The notes: generated from the letters alone by a model not told the origin. Positions 20,794 through 31,900 are shown, numbered from the stretch's first letter. The stretch is DNA of 64,000 nucleotides from an uncultured Bacteroidota bacterium (GCA_903844645.1 CAIMUP010000027.1:6547-70546), one strand, 5' to 3'. Translations and numbers: made by a program.

Positions 20794-21396
20794 TTATCTA
20801 TAATCTTTGTACTGCTTTAAAAAGCTTTCATGCAATTCCAAAACCTGCGGTATGACGAGGTATTGATTGTCGTTGGTCACTACAAAGTCGGAACGCTTTA
20901 TCTTTTCAGTGCTCGACATTTGGTTCTTCATGATTGCCTCCACTCGTTCTTTGGTTACCTCATCGCGTTCCATGACTCTTTTAATCCGTAAATCGTTCGG
21001 TGCTACCACAGTTACAATCCGATCACAGTCTTCATCTGCTCCACTTTCAAAAAGTATGGCTGCTTCTTTTACCAAGTATTTGGAGTTCATATTCTCTTTC
21101 TTCCACTTCTGAAAATGTTTCTTTACGAAGGGATGAACGAGGTTGTTCAGTTTCTCTAATTGCTCTTTATTTTTAAAAACTACTTCTGCCATTTTCTTAC
21201 GATTCAAGCCTTCTTTGGCACTATACATATTGGCTCCGAATTGTTTCTTTATTTCTTTGATTAAAGCGGTATCGGTGTTCATTAAATTCTTGGCTTCGGT
21301 ATCGGCATTGTAAACAGCAATGCCTAAGCGTTCAAAAATTTTACAAACGACGGACTTGCCGCTGCCAATACCCCCTGTAACTCCTATTATCAACAT
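20794..21396 (-). CDS. coaE: Dephospho-CoA kinase
   Basis: 'IIGVTGGIGSGKS' P-loop directly at the N-terminus, 200 aa. Sits in the yajC-YbbR-coaE arrangement conserved in Bacteroidota. Confidence 0.85.
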   Translation of the reverse strand: MLIIGVTGGIGSGKSVVCKIFERLGIAVYNADTEAKNLMNTDTALIKEIKKQFGANMYSAKEGLNRKKMAEVVFKNKEQLEKLNNLVHPFVKKHFQKWKKENMNSKYLVKEAAILFESGADEDCDRIVTVVAPNDLRIKRVMERDEVTKERVEAIMKNQMSSTEKIKRSDFVVTNDNQYLVIPQVLELHESFLKQYKDYR

Positions 21397-21407
21397 ATCT
21401 GTATCCT

Positions 21408-22409
21408 TTATTTTATCATGATATAATCCACATAAGGCGGCGTTATCAGAATAGTTTTGACATAATCAGGAAAGGCGGATAAGGCGACCTTCACCTTCGT
21501 ATTGTTTTCAGGTGTAAAGTCTTTGAAGTCTGCTTCTGCCTTAAACAAATTTGCAGTTGCCCTGTTGTAGTCCTCAATAGATACCATGCAGGTTATCGTT
21601 GCCTTGGCGGGTAGTATCTTGATGTTATACTTTGGTTTCAGATTCGTAATCTTGATAGGTATCTCTATGGTCTTTTCGGTGAATTTCTCGATGGGTATTG
21701 TTACGAATACTTTGTCTGTCGAATAAAACGTAATCCCCGTTGTCTTCTTCTCGATGTTCATCATCTCCGAGATAGTCCTGTCTGCTTCCTTGAACTCCTC
21801 ATGCACGGTATTGATATAGGTCAACGAATCCAATTCCTCGCGAGAGCCTGAAACCGTGATGCTATCAGGAGAAATCGTTGCTTTTCCTTTTCGTTCGTAT
21901 TGCTTGCGACAACGAATTTCCACGTTTAATTTGATAGGGACTTTCTTAGACAAGAGATCGCTAAAGTAGAGCTTGATAGTATCCGGAGTGATGGAATTAA
22001 TGTCTATCTCATCGCCCATATATTTCTTTATTTCCGGCATAAAATTCGACGTCGCGATGTCGAATTCCTTTTCTTGTTTAGGAGATACCTTGAGATTACT
22101 TTTCGACAAATCCACAGTGATAGGAAGCTTATTGTTTTTGAAATAATACTTCACCAAGTCATATCCCTTTGCATTGATACCGATGCTAAATTGTTTCGGC
22201 AAGTTATTAGTTAACGTCTTATCGGTAGGCAAGTTCATATAGTCTATATTCAACCGAATCTTATAATCAAAATTGTTCTCCAGCACCAGCAAAATCCAGA
22301 AACCGCTGGCGATAAACACACAGGTTCCGAAGGCATATAACTTGGTTCGTAGCTTCGGCTCATTGGTAATGGTGTAGCCTCGGAGGAAGGAGAATAAGCT
22401 TGATTTCAA
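21408..22409 (-). CDS. YbbR-like domain protein
   Basis: N-terminal TM segment followed by repeated beta-rich YbbR-like modules. Lies between yajC and coaE, as is typical in Bacteroidota. Confidence 0.55.
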   Translation of the reverse strand: MKSSLFSFLRGYTITNEPKLRTKLYAFGTCVFIASGFWILLVLENNFDYKIRLNIDYMNLPTDKTLTNNLPKQFSIGINAKGYDLVKYYFKNNKLPITVDLSKSNLKVSPKQEKEFDIATSNFMPEIKKYMGDEIDINSITPDTIKLYFSDLLSKKVPIKLNVEIRCRKQYERKGKATISPDSITVSGSREELDSLTYINTVHEEFKEADRTISEMMNIEKKTTGITFYSTDKVFVTIPIEKFTEKTIEIPIKITNLKPKYNIKILPAKATITCMVSIEDYNRATANLFKAEADFKDFTPENNTKVKVALSAFPDYVKTILITPPYVDYIMIK

Positions 22410-22439
22410 GTCCGTATTGCATGGAGTGATTCCACTCTT

Positions 22440-22793
22440 TTATTTTCCCTTGCCGGCAGGAGCTGCAGCGATTTTCGGGTTCAGCGATTTCGTCGCATCC
22501 ACAGCTATAGAAGTTTTCTCTATCTTCAATCTGTTTTGTCCTTCAACCTCGATGATATAGGTGCCATTTTCATCGTCAATATCAAGAATCTTTCCGTGAA
22601 TACCGCCTATGGTAATCACTTTATCGCCCTTCTTGATGGTTTCCTTAAATTCTTTTTCCGTCTTTGCCTTCTTCATTTGAGGACGTATCATAAAGAAATA
22701 GAATACGATACCCATCATCGCAATCATGATTAAGGTGGACATCCCGCTGCCACCGCCTGGGGTGCCTTGTAATAAAATTGTACTTAGTTGCAT
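22440..22793 (-). CDS. yajC: Preprotein translocase subunit YajC
   Basis: 'ILLQ..GGGS.MSTLIMIAMMGIVFYFFMIRPQ.KK' matches the YajC consensus. Confidence 0.85.
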   Translation of the reverse strand: MQLSTILLQGTPGGGSGMSTLIMIAMMGIVFYFFMIRPQMKKAKTEKEFKETIKKGDKVITIGGIHGKILDIDDENGTYIIEVEGQNRLKIEKTSIAVDATKSLNPKIAAAPAGKGK

Positions 22794-22850
22794 ATTAATA
22801 TATATTATTTATTGTTTATTCCTTGTTAATTCTTCCCTGATTTTCTCCTA

Positions 22851-23351
22851 TTAATTCGTCCCCTCTGCCTTTACATCTCCGGTTATGGTAAGTGTATGCG
22901 AATTCGGGATGGTGTTCGCAATAACGGTAACGGTTTTATGGTTCGAGCCTGACTTGCCGGTACTGTTGAACGTAACTTCGATGATGCCGTCTTCGTTAGG
23001 GGCGACAGGCTTTGAGGAATACGTAGGGATGGTACAGCCGCAGCTTGCATGTGCATTGCTGATGACCAAATCCGTCGTCCCGACGTTTTTAAATTTGAAG
23101 GTATGATGCACCTTCTGTCCCTCTTTTATCCTACCAAAGTCGAAAGATTCTTCGGCAAATTTGAAGATAGGAATATTCTTAACCGAGTCCTTCGATGCCG
23201 CAGTGGCGGGGTTCGAGACCATGTCGGTATCTAATGTTTCGTCTTTCGGTTTCTTGCTATGTTCGCAAGATGCGAGTACTATGAGCAAGGGCATCAGCAG
23301 TATTAAAATAATTTTATTCATCACCATAACCGTTTTCTTATCAAGCCGCAA
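22851..23351 (-). CDS. DUF1573 domain protein (secreted)
   Basis: Signal peptide, then 'FKFKNVGTTDLVISNAHASCGCTIP', the hallmark of DUF1573. The start may be the internal Met (MNKIIL..., 23321). Confidence 0.7.
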   Translation of the reverse strand: MRLDKKTVMVMNKIILILLMPLLIVLASCEHSKKPKDETLDTDMVSNPATAASKDSVKNIPIFKFAEESFDFGRIKEGQKVHHTFKFKNVGTTDLVISNAHASCGCTIPTYSSKPVAPNEDGIIEVTFNSTGKSGSNHKTVTVIANTIPNSHTLTITGDVKAEGTN

Positions 23352-23439
23352 ATGTACGATTATTATGGGTAATGATACTATCGAAAATTTTATTCTTTAC
23401 TAAATCTTTCATTCCCCGCGGCTTTTATCCCGAATATTT

Positions 23440-23620
23440 TTTTAGGATGATTTCCTCCCGTTTTCATCAAAACCTACGATTTCCTTAAAATCGGCAAGAA
23501 TTTCGGGGGAAATTCATCTCCTTTAAATCATCCAAAAACAGGTCAGAATTCCAAATAACGCCACTTTTCCGAAATCCGGCAAGAATTTAGGGTAAAATCG
23601 AAGTGGTTTGCGTTTCATTC
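23440..23620. repeat. Inverted-repeat arm B' (partner of 11041-11240)
   Basis: See arm B. It carries the internal duplication 'aatcggcaagaatttcgggg / atccggcaagaatttaggg'. Confidence 0.85.
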
Positions 23621-23632
23621 TGCTCGCCTTCG

Positions 23633-23828
23633 GTATATATCACATGATATATAGCAATCGGGAGTTCGCCATCGCAATATATCATATGATATATTGCGAT
23701 CCCGAGCATAATAAAAGTGCATATCATATGATATATTGCAATCCCGAGCATAATGAAAGTGCATATCACATGATATATTGCAATCCCGAGCATAATGAAA
23801 GTGCATATCATATGATATATTGCGATCC
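23633..23828. repeat. Tandem array of 42-bp units (atatcatatgatatattgcaatcccgagcataatgaaagtgc), about 4.5 copies; each unit holds the palindrome atatcatatgatatat
   Basis: Direct reading. The first unit is partly inverted (gcaatcgggag against ctcccgat...). Confidence 0.9.
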
Positions 23829-23984
23829 CTAACTCCCGAACGTAGTAAACCATCTGATTTTGCCTTTTGGGGAATTCCGGAAATGTGCATACCATTTCGT
23901 TTAGACCGATGCCGACGAGCAGATTTTTGCATCTCATCTGATTTTTCCCAATCCCGACGAGTGGGTTTTGATAAATTTTCAAGT

Positions 23985-24070
23985 TTATTCCATTCCCCGA
24001 AAAGATACCTATATAATAGGAGTGGTTGGGAGGGAAATCGGGATGGCGGTGGCGCGGAATGGTATCATCC
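23985..24070. repeat. Inverted-repeat arm A' (partner of 10745-10825); overlaps the putative paaZ promoter
   Basis: 'gatacctatataataggagtggttgggaggg' against the reverse complement of the left arm, 'ggtgcctatataataggagtggttgggaggg'. Confidence 0.75.
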
Positions 24071-24111
24071 ATCGTTTTCGTATTTTCGCGGCTTAATAAA
24101 ATTTAATAATT

Positions 24112-26157
24112 ATGAATAAACTGAAAAACTATGCCCAAGGAATTTGGCAGGAAGGGGAAGGTACGGGAACGGCGTTGATTCACGCGGTTACGGGAGAACA
24201 GATTGGGGTGGCGACCTCGAAGGGATTGGATTTTAAAGCGATGCTGAACTATGCAAGAATGACCGGCAGCCCTGTGTTGCGGAAGATGACCTTCCACGAC
24301 CGAGCGTTGATGTTGAAGGCTTTGGCATTATACCTGACCGAAAAGAAGCCCTTGTTTTACGCTCTTTCGGCTTCCACCGGAGCGACCAAGGCAGATTCTT
24401 GGATAGATATTGATGGCGGTATCGGCAACCTGTTCGTCTATGCGAGTAAGGGCAGAAGGGAGTTGCCGAATGAGACATTTTATGTGGATGGCAAGGCAGA
24501 GCGGATCTCGAAGAATGGGACTTTTATAGGGCATCATATCTGCGTTCCGATGGAGGGCGTGGCGGTACATATTAATGCCTTCAACTTTCCGGTATGGGGC
24601 ATGTTGGAGAAGATTGCGGTGAACCTTCTGGCGGGGATGCCAGCCATCGTGAAGCCCGCCACCGTAACCTGTTACCTGACGGAATTAGTGGTGGAGGAAA
24701 TCATCAAATCGGGTATCTTGCCAGCGGGAAGTCTTCAGTTAATCTGTGGCAGCGCAGGCGATATATTAGACCATGTAACGGAACAAGATGTGGTAACCTT
24801 CACGGGCAGTGCATCTACTGGGAAAATGCTCAAAACCGGCAAGGCGATGATTGAAAATTCGGTGCGATTTAACATGGAGGCTGACTCCTTGAATTGCTCT
24901 GTCTTGGGTTTGGATTGTAGTCCCGACACGGAAGAGTTTAAACTATTCATTAAGGAAGTATCGCGAGAGATCACCGTGAAAGCAGGACAGAAATGTACCG
25001 CCATCCGTAGGGTAATCGTGCCAGAGAATTTGACAGAAGCCGTCATCAAATCCCTCTCCGAAAGATTAAAGACCACTACCCTCGGAAACCCCGCCGTAGA
25101 GGGCGTACGTATGGGACCCTTGGCAAGTATGGAGCAAGTGAAAGATGTACGAGCAAAGGTAGACGAACTGCGCCATTCCTGCGAAATAGTATTCGGGAAC
25201 TATGATAGCTTCGAGGTCATGGGAGCCGATCGAAATAAAGGAGCTTTCTTGCCCTCCCTCCTACTCTATTGTAAAGATCCTTTCAATAATAGTGAACCCC
25301 ACCAGGTAGAAGCCTTCGGACCCGTGAGTACGGTCATGTCTTATAAAACCACCGATGAAGCCATTCAGTTAGCGAAGCTCGGGCGTGGCAGTTTGGTAGG
25401 CTCTGTCTTCACTTCTGATGATGATTTCGCGAAAGATATGATACTCGGTTCGGCATCAATGCACGGCAGAATGATGGTCGTGAACGCGGCATGCGCTTTG
25501 GAGTCAACCGGTCATGGCTCTCCGATGCCACATCTGGTTCATGGCGGTCCCGGCAGGGCAGGTGGCGGAGAAGAGATGGGAGGTATCCGCGGAATCTTTC
25601 ATTACATGCAACGTACCGCCATTCAGGGTCATCCCACTACGCTGACCAAGATAACCAATGTATATCAACTCGGCGGATTCCAGAAAGAAGATTTGGTGCA
25701 TCCCTTCCGTAAGTATTTCGATGAATTGGAGATAGGAGAAACCTTGGTTACACATAAACGCACCGTTACCGAAACCGATATCGTGAACTTTGCAAACATC
25801 AGTGGCGACAACTTCTATGCCCATATGGATATTACTTCCTTAGAAGGTTCGATATTTACATCAAGGGTAGCGCATGGGTACTTCATCCTTTCCGCGGCAG
25901 CGGGGCTTTTTGTGGATCCTAAGAAAGGACCAATCCTCGCTAATTACGGGCTTGACGAATGTCGCTTTCTGAAGCCCGTCTATGTCGGAGCTACGATCGG
26001 TGTTCGCTTAACCTGCAAGGAAAAGATTGCGAAAGAAAAGCGCGAAGGCGAAACCCCGCAAGGCGTAGTGAAATGGCAGGTAGATGTATATGATGAAACT
26101 GGCGATACCGTAGCATTGGCAACGATCCTTACCCTTGTAGCAAGGAAGGAAGTATAG
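24112..26157 (+). CDS. paaZ: Bifunctional PaaZ (ring-opening oxepin-CoA hydrolase / 3-oxo-5,6-dehydrosuberyl-CoA semialdehyde dehydrogenase): N-terminal ALDH fold, C-terminal MaoC hot-dog hydratase
   Basis: 681 aa. The N-terminus 'YAQGIWQEGEGTG...LRKMTFHDRALMLKALA' follows the PaaZ-type aldehyde dehydrogenase layout. The C-terminal ~140 aa 'HAMDITSLEGSIFTSRVAHGYF' is a MaoC/R-hydratase hot-dog fold. Confidence 0.8.
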   Translation: MNKLKNYAQGIWQEGEGTGTALIHAVTGEQIGVATSKGLDFKAMLNYARMTGSPVLRKMTFHDRALMLKALALYLTEKKPLFYALSASTGATKADSWIDIDGGIGNLFVYASKGRRELPNETFYVDGKAERISKNGTFIGHHICVPMEGVAVHINAFNFPVWGMLEKIAVNLLAGMPAIVKPATVTCYLTELVVEEIIKSGILPAGSLQLICGSAGDILDHVTEQDVVTFTGSASTGKMLKTGKAMIENSVRFNMEADSLNCSVLGLDCSPDTEEFKLFIKEVSREITVKAGQKCTAIRRVIVPENLTEAVIKSLSERLKTTTLGNPAVEGVRMGPLASMEQVKDVRAKVDELRHSCEIVFGNYDSFEVMGADRNKGAFLPSLLLYCKDPFNNSEPHQVEAFGPVSTVMSYKTTDEAIQLAKLGRGSLVGSVFTSDDDFAKDMILGSASMHGRMMVVNAACALESTGHGSPMPHLVHGGPGRAGGGEEMGGIRGIFHYMQRTAIQGHPTTLTKITNVYQLGGFQKEDLVHPFRKYFDELEIGETLVTHKRTVTETDIVNFANISGDNFYAHMDITSLEGSIFTSRVAHGYFILSAAAGLFVDPKKGPILANYGLDECRFLKPVYVGATIGVRLTCKEKIAKEKREGETPQGVVKWQVDVYDETGDTVALATILTLVARKEV

Positions 26158-26281
26158 TATCATAAAGAATATCCAATACAAATCTCCCCCTGTTATTTTT
26201 ATTTGGGAATTCAATTTCTTTTCATTAACTTTGTGGTTCAATAATCTTAAATTAAGAACTAACCAATTAAAAACTACGATC

Positions 26282-27688
26282 ATGAACAACAACTACCGAA
26301 TCCTCGTCCTTCTTACCCTGAACACCTTGTTCTTTTTCCTTCATTCAATGGCACAATGGAATGCCCCTTTCCCACTATCTCCTAATGCTGTCAATGCGAA
26401 TCTGAATGAAAGCATGGGTTCTTGCCTTGGCGTTAGCGGGGATTCGGTGCATGTGGTCTGGACTGATAAAATCAATTCCACCCATGCCATTCTGTATTAC
26501 CGTCATTCGTTGGATACGGGCTTAACTTGGTCTGCCCCTATTGCTATCACCAATGCTACTGGTAATGCCTGGAATCCTGCTATTGCGGTCAATGGCCGCA
26601 ACGTGCATGTGGCTTGGCGAGAGATTGATACCGTTACCAATCGTCGTGCTTCGTGGTATAAACATTCGTTGGATGGAGGCACTACCTGGAGCCCCAGTAT
26701 GTTCCTTGATTCCACTGCTGATTGGCCCGCAATAGCAGTATCTGGAAGTATGGTGTATATTGCGAACGACAGGGTGGTTTCTCAAAATCCTTATAACACC
26801 GAAATATTTTTTATGAGATCATTAGATAATGGAAATTCATGGAGTATTCCGCAGCAACTCACCGACTCTGTGGGGCGGTCAGAGGATGAATCCATCACGG
26901 CGGAGGGTGCCCACATTTTCATGTCGTGGAATGATAACCGAACCAATCAATTCCAAATATTATACAAAGAATCTGCCGACTATGGCGCAACATGGGGACC
27001 CGATGTGGTTGTGGATTTACCCTTCGATTACAATACGATGGTGAATGTGAATGGCAGCTTCGTGGATGTTATTTCATGCGGCGCACCGTCTGGTCATTAC
27101 CAACTGTTGTTGGCGCAATCAGCCGATACGGGGGCTACCTGGAGCGTAATGAACAACAATTTATCGCACGATACGGCGCATACTTTTTTCCTGCCGCACA
27201 TGACTCGCGATGGCTGCGAACTGCATATCGTGGTGAATTCCAGTGGGGGTGCGAAATACTTCCATTCCCTTGATGGTGGGGCAACGTGGGACCTTCCCTA
27301 CGTTATGAGCGGCGTGAGTTTTATTGCTTATACCTATCACGTGTTGCATGTTATTTATGTTACCTCGGGACGTATTTATTATCTTCATAACAGCACCGGG
27401 AATGCCGGTATGCCGTGCATTACGACGGAGGTTATGCAGCCTGATAACTTGCATTCTATAATTACAATTTATCCGAATCCTGCGACATCCAGCATCACTA
27501 TTCATTCTCCGTTCTCAACGCTCCATTCCCTACTCTCGATTAAAAATATGATGGGGCAAACGGTTTTAAATATGATATTAAACGATGAAACTACGGTGAT
27601 AGATATTTCAAAATTCAGCAAAGGAATTTATTTTATCGAGACAAGAAACGGGGCTGAATTGATTCATCAAAAAATAGTGATAGAATAA
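26282..27688 (+). CDS. T9SS-secreted BNR/Asp-box repeat protein (sialidase-like beta-propeller)
   Basis: Six 'S.D.G.TW' Asp-box motifs (SLDTGLTWS, SLDGGTTWS, SLDNGNSWS, SADYGATWG, SADTGATWS, SLDGGATWD). C-terminal 'IYPNPATSSITIH...KGIYFIETRNGAELIHQKIVIE' Por_Secre_tail. The start is taken at the internal Met before the signal peptide. Confidence 0.8.
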   Translation: MNNNYRILVLLTLNTLFFFLHSMAQWNAPFPLSPNAVNANLNESMGSCLGVSGDSVHVVWTDKINSTHAILYYRHSLDTGLTWSAPIAITNATGNAWNPAIAVNGRNVHVAWREIDTVTNRRASWYKHSLDGGTTWSPSMFLDSTADWPAIAVSGSMVYIANDRVVSQNPYNTEIFFMRSLDNGNSWSIPQQLTDSVGRSEDESITAEGAHIFMSWNDNRTNQFQILYKESADYGATWGPDVVVDLPFDYNTMVNVNGSFVDVISCGAPSGHYQLLLAQSADTGATWSVMNNNLSHDTAHTFFLPHMTRDGCELHIVVNSSGGAKYFHSLDGGATWDLPYVMSGVSFIAYTYHVLHVIYVTSGRIYYLHNSTGNAGMPCITTEVMQPDNLHSIITIYPNPATSSITIHSPFSTLHSLLSIKNMMGQTVLNMILNDETTVIDISKFSKGIYFIETRNGAELIHQKIVIE

Positions 27689-27850
27689 ATCGTATCTTTG
27701 CCCCCTCAAATAAAAAAGATGAATTCAAGAAATCATAAAATAATCCTAAACCAGTTTCTCTCGGAGCTTAACGCCCTTCGCCTGTCTTTGCCTACTCGCG
27801 AAAGCTCCAAAAGATGGTCGTAAATTATTCTTGTAAAATCGCCTTTTTCA

Positions 27851-28069
27851 TGCATGTAATCTCGCTTTTGTCGCGAGTAAAATTGCTTTTATTGCATGTA
27901 ATATCCTTTTTGTTGGATGTAATTTCATTCCCGCTGCATGAAACGTCATTCCGGTTGCATGAAATGTCATTCCGTCTGCATGTAATCTCCTTTTTGTTGC
28001 ATGTAATTTCATTCCCGTTGCATGAAATTTCATTCCCGTTGAGTGAAATTTCATTTTTCACTCAACGGG
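27851..28069. repeat. Tandem array of 21-bp units (tgcatgtaatttcattcccgt), about 10 copies, ending in a 13-bp-stem hairpin (ccgttgagtgaaa...tttcactcaacgg)
   Basis: Direct reading. The hairpin at 28034-28069 lies about 60 bp upstream of the ATG at 28131. Confidence 0.9.
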
Positions 28070-28130
28070 CAAAACTATATTATGCTATAAATCAGTACAT
28101 TAAATAAACAATAATCAAAAAATATAAATT

Positions 28131-28814
28131 ATGAGTTTCAAAAAAGCAATTAAAAAAATGATCGTAGTGCTGGGTTTGGCACACAAAACAGACGACGAAA
28201 AAATCACGAAATACGAAGAAGTCATCGCCGGTTTGGATGCCAATATTCCGATCTTCGGCGTGATGACTCCGACAACGGCTTCGACAACCGTAAAAATCAA
28301 TTTCGTGGTGAACGAAATGAGTGTTCGCGATGGACATATTGCTTCGGCACACACGCTGGCATTGTCCATTTTTGGACACATGAACGAGTTGAACGATATT
28401 TATGTGGATAATTATTTGCCTGTTATCCAAACAAAAGCGGCTGGCGATTCAGCAAAAGTAGCGTTGGTTCATCTGACCACTAAGGCAGATGCCGGCGTCA
28501 ATCCAGACGAAATTCCGGAGGTAGAAAATTTGAGCATAACGACCGGACATGTGAACCGTTCTTTCGACGTTCATTGGGATACCTTGGATAAAAAAAAGGT
28601 GCGCGGATATAATGTTATGATCTCCGTAAACCCTACTGCCCCCGTGCCTTTGTACACATTGTACTTATTCACAAAAAAGTCGAAATGTATCATCAAAGAC
28701 CAAATTCTTGGCACCGATGTAGGGATAAAAATTGTATCCCTCGGCAAGAAAGACGGGGTACAAAGCGATGGCAGCAACATCATCATCCGGAAGGTGGTGA
28801 ATCCGCATAATTAG
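28131..28814 (+). CDS. Hypothetical protein
   Basis: Clean 227-aa ORF with a terminator-like hairpin plus T9 downstream. No motif I can recognise. Confidence 0.5.
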   Translation: MSFKKAIKKMIVVLGLAHKTDDEKITKYEEVIAGLDANIPIFGVMTPTTASTTVKINFVVNEMSVRDGHIASAHTLALSIFGHMNELNDIYVDNYLPVIQTKAAGDSAKVALVHLTTKADAGVNPDEIPEVENLSITTGHVNRSFDVHWDTLDKKKVRGYNVMISVNPTAPVPLYTLYLFTKKSKCIIKDQILGTDVGIKIVSLGKKDGVQSDGSNIIIRKVVNPHN

Positions 28815-28824
28815 GTCTAATAAA

Positions 28825-28851
28825 AGCCATCGGAAACGGTGGTTTTTTTTT
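28825..28851 (+). terminator. Rho-independent terminator candidate (ccatcg-gaaa-cggtgg + T9)
   Basis: A 6-bp stem (one G-U pair) with a GAAA tetraloop, followed by nine T's immediately after the stop at 28814. Confidence 0.5.
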
Positions 28852-28984
28852 GGATATTAGTTTTTATTAACAAAATCGGGGTTGGATATTTTGAAATGTT
28901 AAAAGAATTTCTTGCTGGAGAACGAAATTTTTTGTAATTTTGTACCCTTAAATAAAAGGAGTATTTCCAAGAAACTAAATTACC

Positions 28985-31900
28985 ATGATTCAAAACTTAC
29001 AAAATGCCGTCAGAATGCTTGTCGTGAGCCTGTTCTGCATCGTTTCCATCAATGCCTTCGGGGTATTAAACCAGTATAATGTACAACGATTACAACTTTA
29101 TACCAGTGGTAACCACCCGACCAGTATATACTGGCAAGATATGTACAGTGCAACGTATAACTCTGGGCGGGTGCTTCCCACTTGGAATTATACTGCGACT
29201 ACCTACACAGATAATAACTTGAGTACACCGCAGGCATTGCCTTTTACTTTTAACTATGATGGAATAAATAATAATTATTTTTATATCTCAACGAATGGCT
29301 TTATTGTATTAGATACCCTCTCATCGGCTACCCTTGCCTCGAAGCAATTGCCGATGTATGCATCTAATGCCAATCGTGGTCGCAATGCAGGAACAGCCTC
29401 TGCTGATACGGCTTACAATGGAAGTTATTTGTCATTTGTTCATAGCCCAAATCCGGTATCACCCTACTCGAATAATAAATCCTATTCGGCACGAACGATT
29501 GCCCCGTTTTATACGGACCTTGTACCAGGAACTGTAAATAGCACTCCAAGTACGCTTGCTGCGGATATTTGCTGGTATTACAGTCCTGGAAATATTACCA
29601 CAGGCGATACCATGGTTATTATTGAATGGAGGCAATTAAAATTAGTGGCTTGGACGGGTGATTATCGCAGATGCTGGTTTCAGGCAAGGCTTCATAAGAC
29701 TACAGGTATTATTGAATTCTATTACTTCTGGAATGCAAATCAATATACCACTGCTTATCCCCAAAATTACCTTTGCGGCTTAAACTCTGCAACCTGGGCA
29801 GCAGCACCTACTTATGCTAATAATTTTATGCAATCAACGGCGAATAGTACCACCTTTGCCGCCTCGAGTACCGCATCGGCATTGTCTGCTCCCGAAGCCC
29901 AAAAATATAAATTGGTCTTTACAAAAGTCGTTGCAACCGCCGATCTCACCGTATCTAATATTTCACCACCAATTTCCGATACTTGTGGATATAGCAGTTC
30001 GCAAATCATTGTAGATTCTATTCATAATACCGGTAGTACCTTGACTTTTGATGCTACGCACATCCTGAAAGTATATTCCCAAATTACCGATAGCGTAAAT
30101 GGTGCACAAGTGTGGACTGCCTTGGATTCCGGGACTTATACCAGCACCTTCACCACCAATACTACCATCGGAGTTCAGATGCTGCATACCTGGAATTTTT
30201 CTGCCGGAGGGCAATATACCATTCGGACATACTTGAAAGATTCTGTTTACTGTAATCCAACTACGCTCATTGATGGTAATCTTCTTGATAATTCTACGAC
30301 AGTTACAATATACAACAGCAAAGTAACAGCCTCATCGGATGTATCAACTATGTGCAGTGGAGTCTATACTTACCTTCATGCCTCACCAACAATAAATCAT
30401 GCTGTTGATTCTTTGTACTATACTCACTACACAAAAATGACCTACTCTGCACCTGCTGTCCCAACCCACCAAATTACATCTTGGACAGGAGGAAGTAATG
30501 ATGGAACAGCTTATGTTGCTTTACCATTTACATTTCATTTTTTCGGGTATAATAGAAGTGCCTTATATGTTTGCACAAATGGGTTTGTTGAATTTGAATG
30601 TGCTTATACGACTCCTTCAACATCGTTACCAGACAATAATGCAATCTGTCCAAGTGCTTTGGATTGTATTGGAGTTGCTTGGTCTGATATGAGACTTGAT
30701 CTTGGAGGTTCCATTTACTGGGATACTGTTGGAACCACTCCAAACAGAGAGTTTATTTTAAGGTATAATAGAGTTTATGATTCTACAAATGCCACCGCAG
30801 TTTCTGCGTATATGATTTTGCATGAAACAACAAATCTTATCGAATTTCAAAATGATACAATTCCTAGCGGTTCCTATACCCAAGGGATACAGGATTCATT
30901 AGGAGTTAATGCTTATGCTTTAAGTAGCCGGAATTTTAATACCTGGTCAGCTACCCACGATGCTTATTTGTTTTCATCCCAACCGACTTACTATTGGACA
31001 GCATCTCCTACGGATGCATCGCTTACATCTACCGAAGCCTGCAAACAAAATCCTTATGTTTCTCCAACGGTAACTACGATATATACCGTTACGATGAATG
31101 GAGGAAACACCGGCTACCCGGATAGCATCGGCATCTGTCCGAAAACAAGTACTGTTACCGTAACGGTTACTGCTGGCTTGGGAGCTATCGGGGCTATATC
31201 AGGACCTGCCACCGTTTGTGCATACACAAACGTAACCTACATCGTTCCTACAGTAACCAATGCAACAAGTTATATTTGGGATTATTCTGGTTTGACAGGT
31301 TGTACTTTTTTGAGTCAACATACTGATACCATAAACTTAACATTAGGCGGAAGCCCAGGTGGATACATCAGAGTAAGAGCATACATGTCATCTTGCGGAA
31401 CCTATACCGCTTGGGCACAATTGTATGTAACCATCGTTGATAATGTGTACGGAGCAGGGCAATGGGTGGGCGGAATCAGTACCGACTGGTTCACGGTTCT
31501 TAATTGGTGTGGTGGTCTTCCAACCTCCACGATTGATGCCAATATTGATAACACGTATTATACTTCTACCTACTTCCCTGTCATCTATTCAAGTGGTGCC
31601 GTTTGTAAAGATTTAAGAATGGGTGGCGTCAACGAAGCTCTGACAATTAATACCGGATATAATTTAGATGTCTATGGATCATGGTGGAATGGATGGAATG
31701 GGTATTCCGCAACTGTTACCGCAAATTCTGGTAGCACAGTAACTTTCAAAGGAACAAGCTCCTTAGAATATATTGATGGATACATCCCTACCACATTTGC
31801 TAATATTATCATTAACCGAGGAAGTGATACAACATCTGTTATCGAAAATATTTACGGCAACTCACCTCCTTCAACTATGAACATGACTGGAAACTTAACC

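Noticed and set aside
11040-23620. 12.5-kb segment between the inverted repeats as an integrated mobile element or genomic island
   Set aside because: Its content is core housekeeping (rsmE, coaE, yajC, nnr, selD, rhomboid). There is no integrase, transposase or tRNA. Its composition matches the flanks. An invertible chromosomal segment is more plausible than a mobile element.
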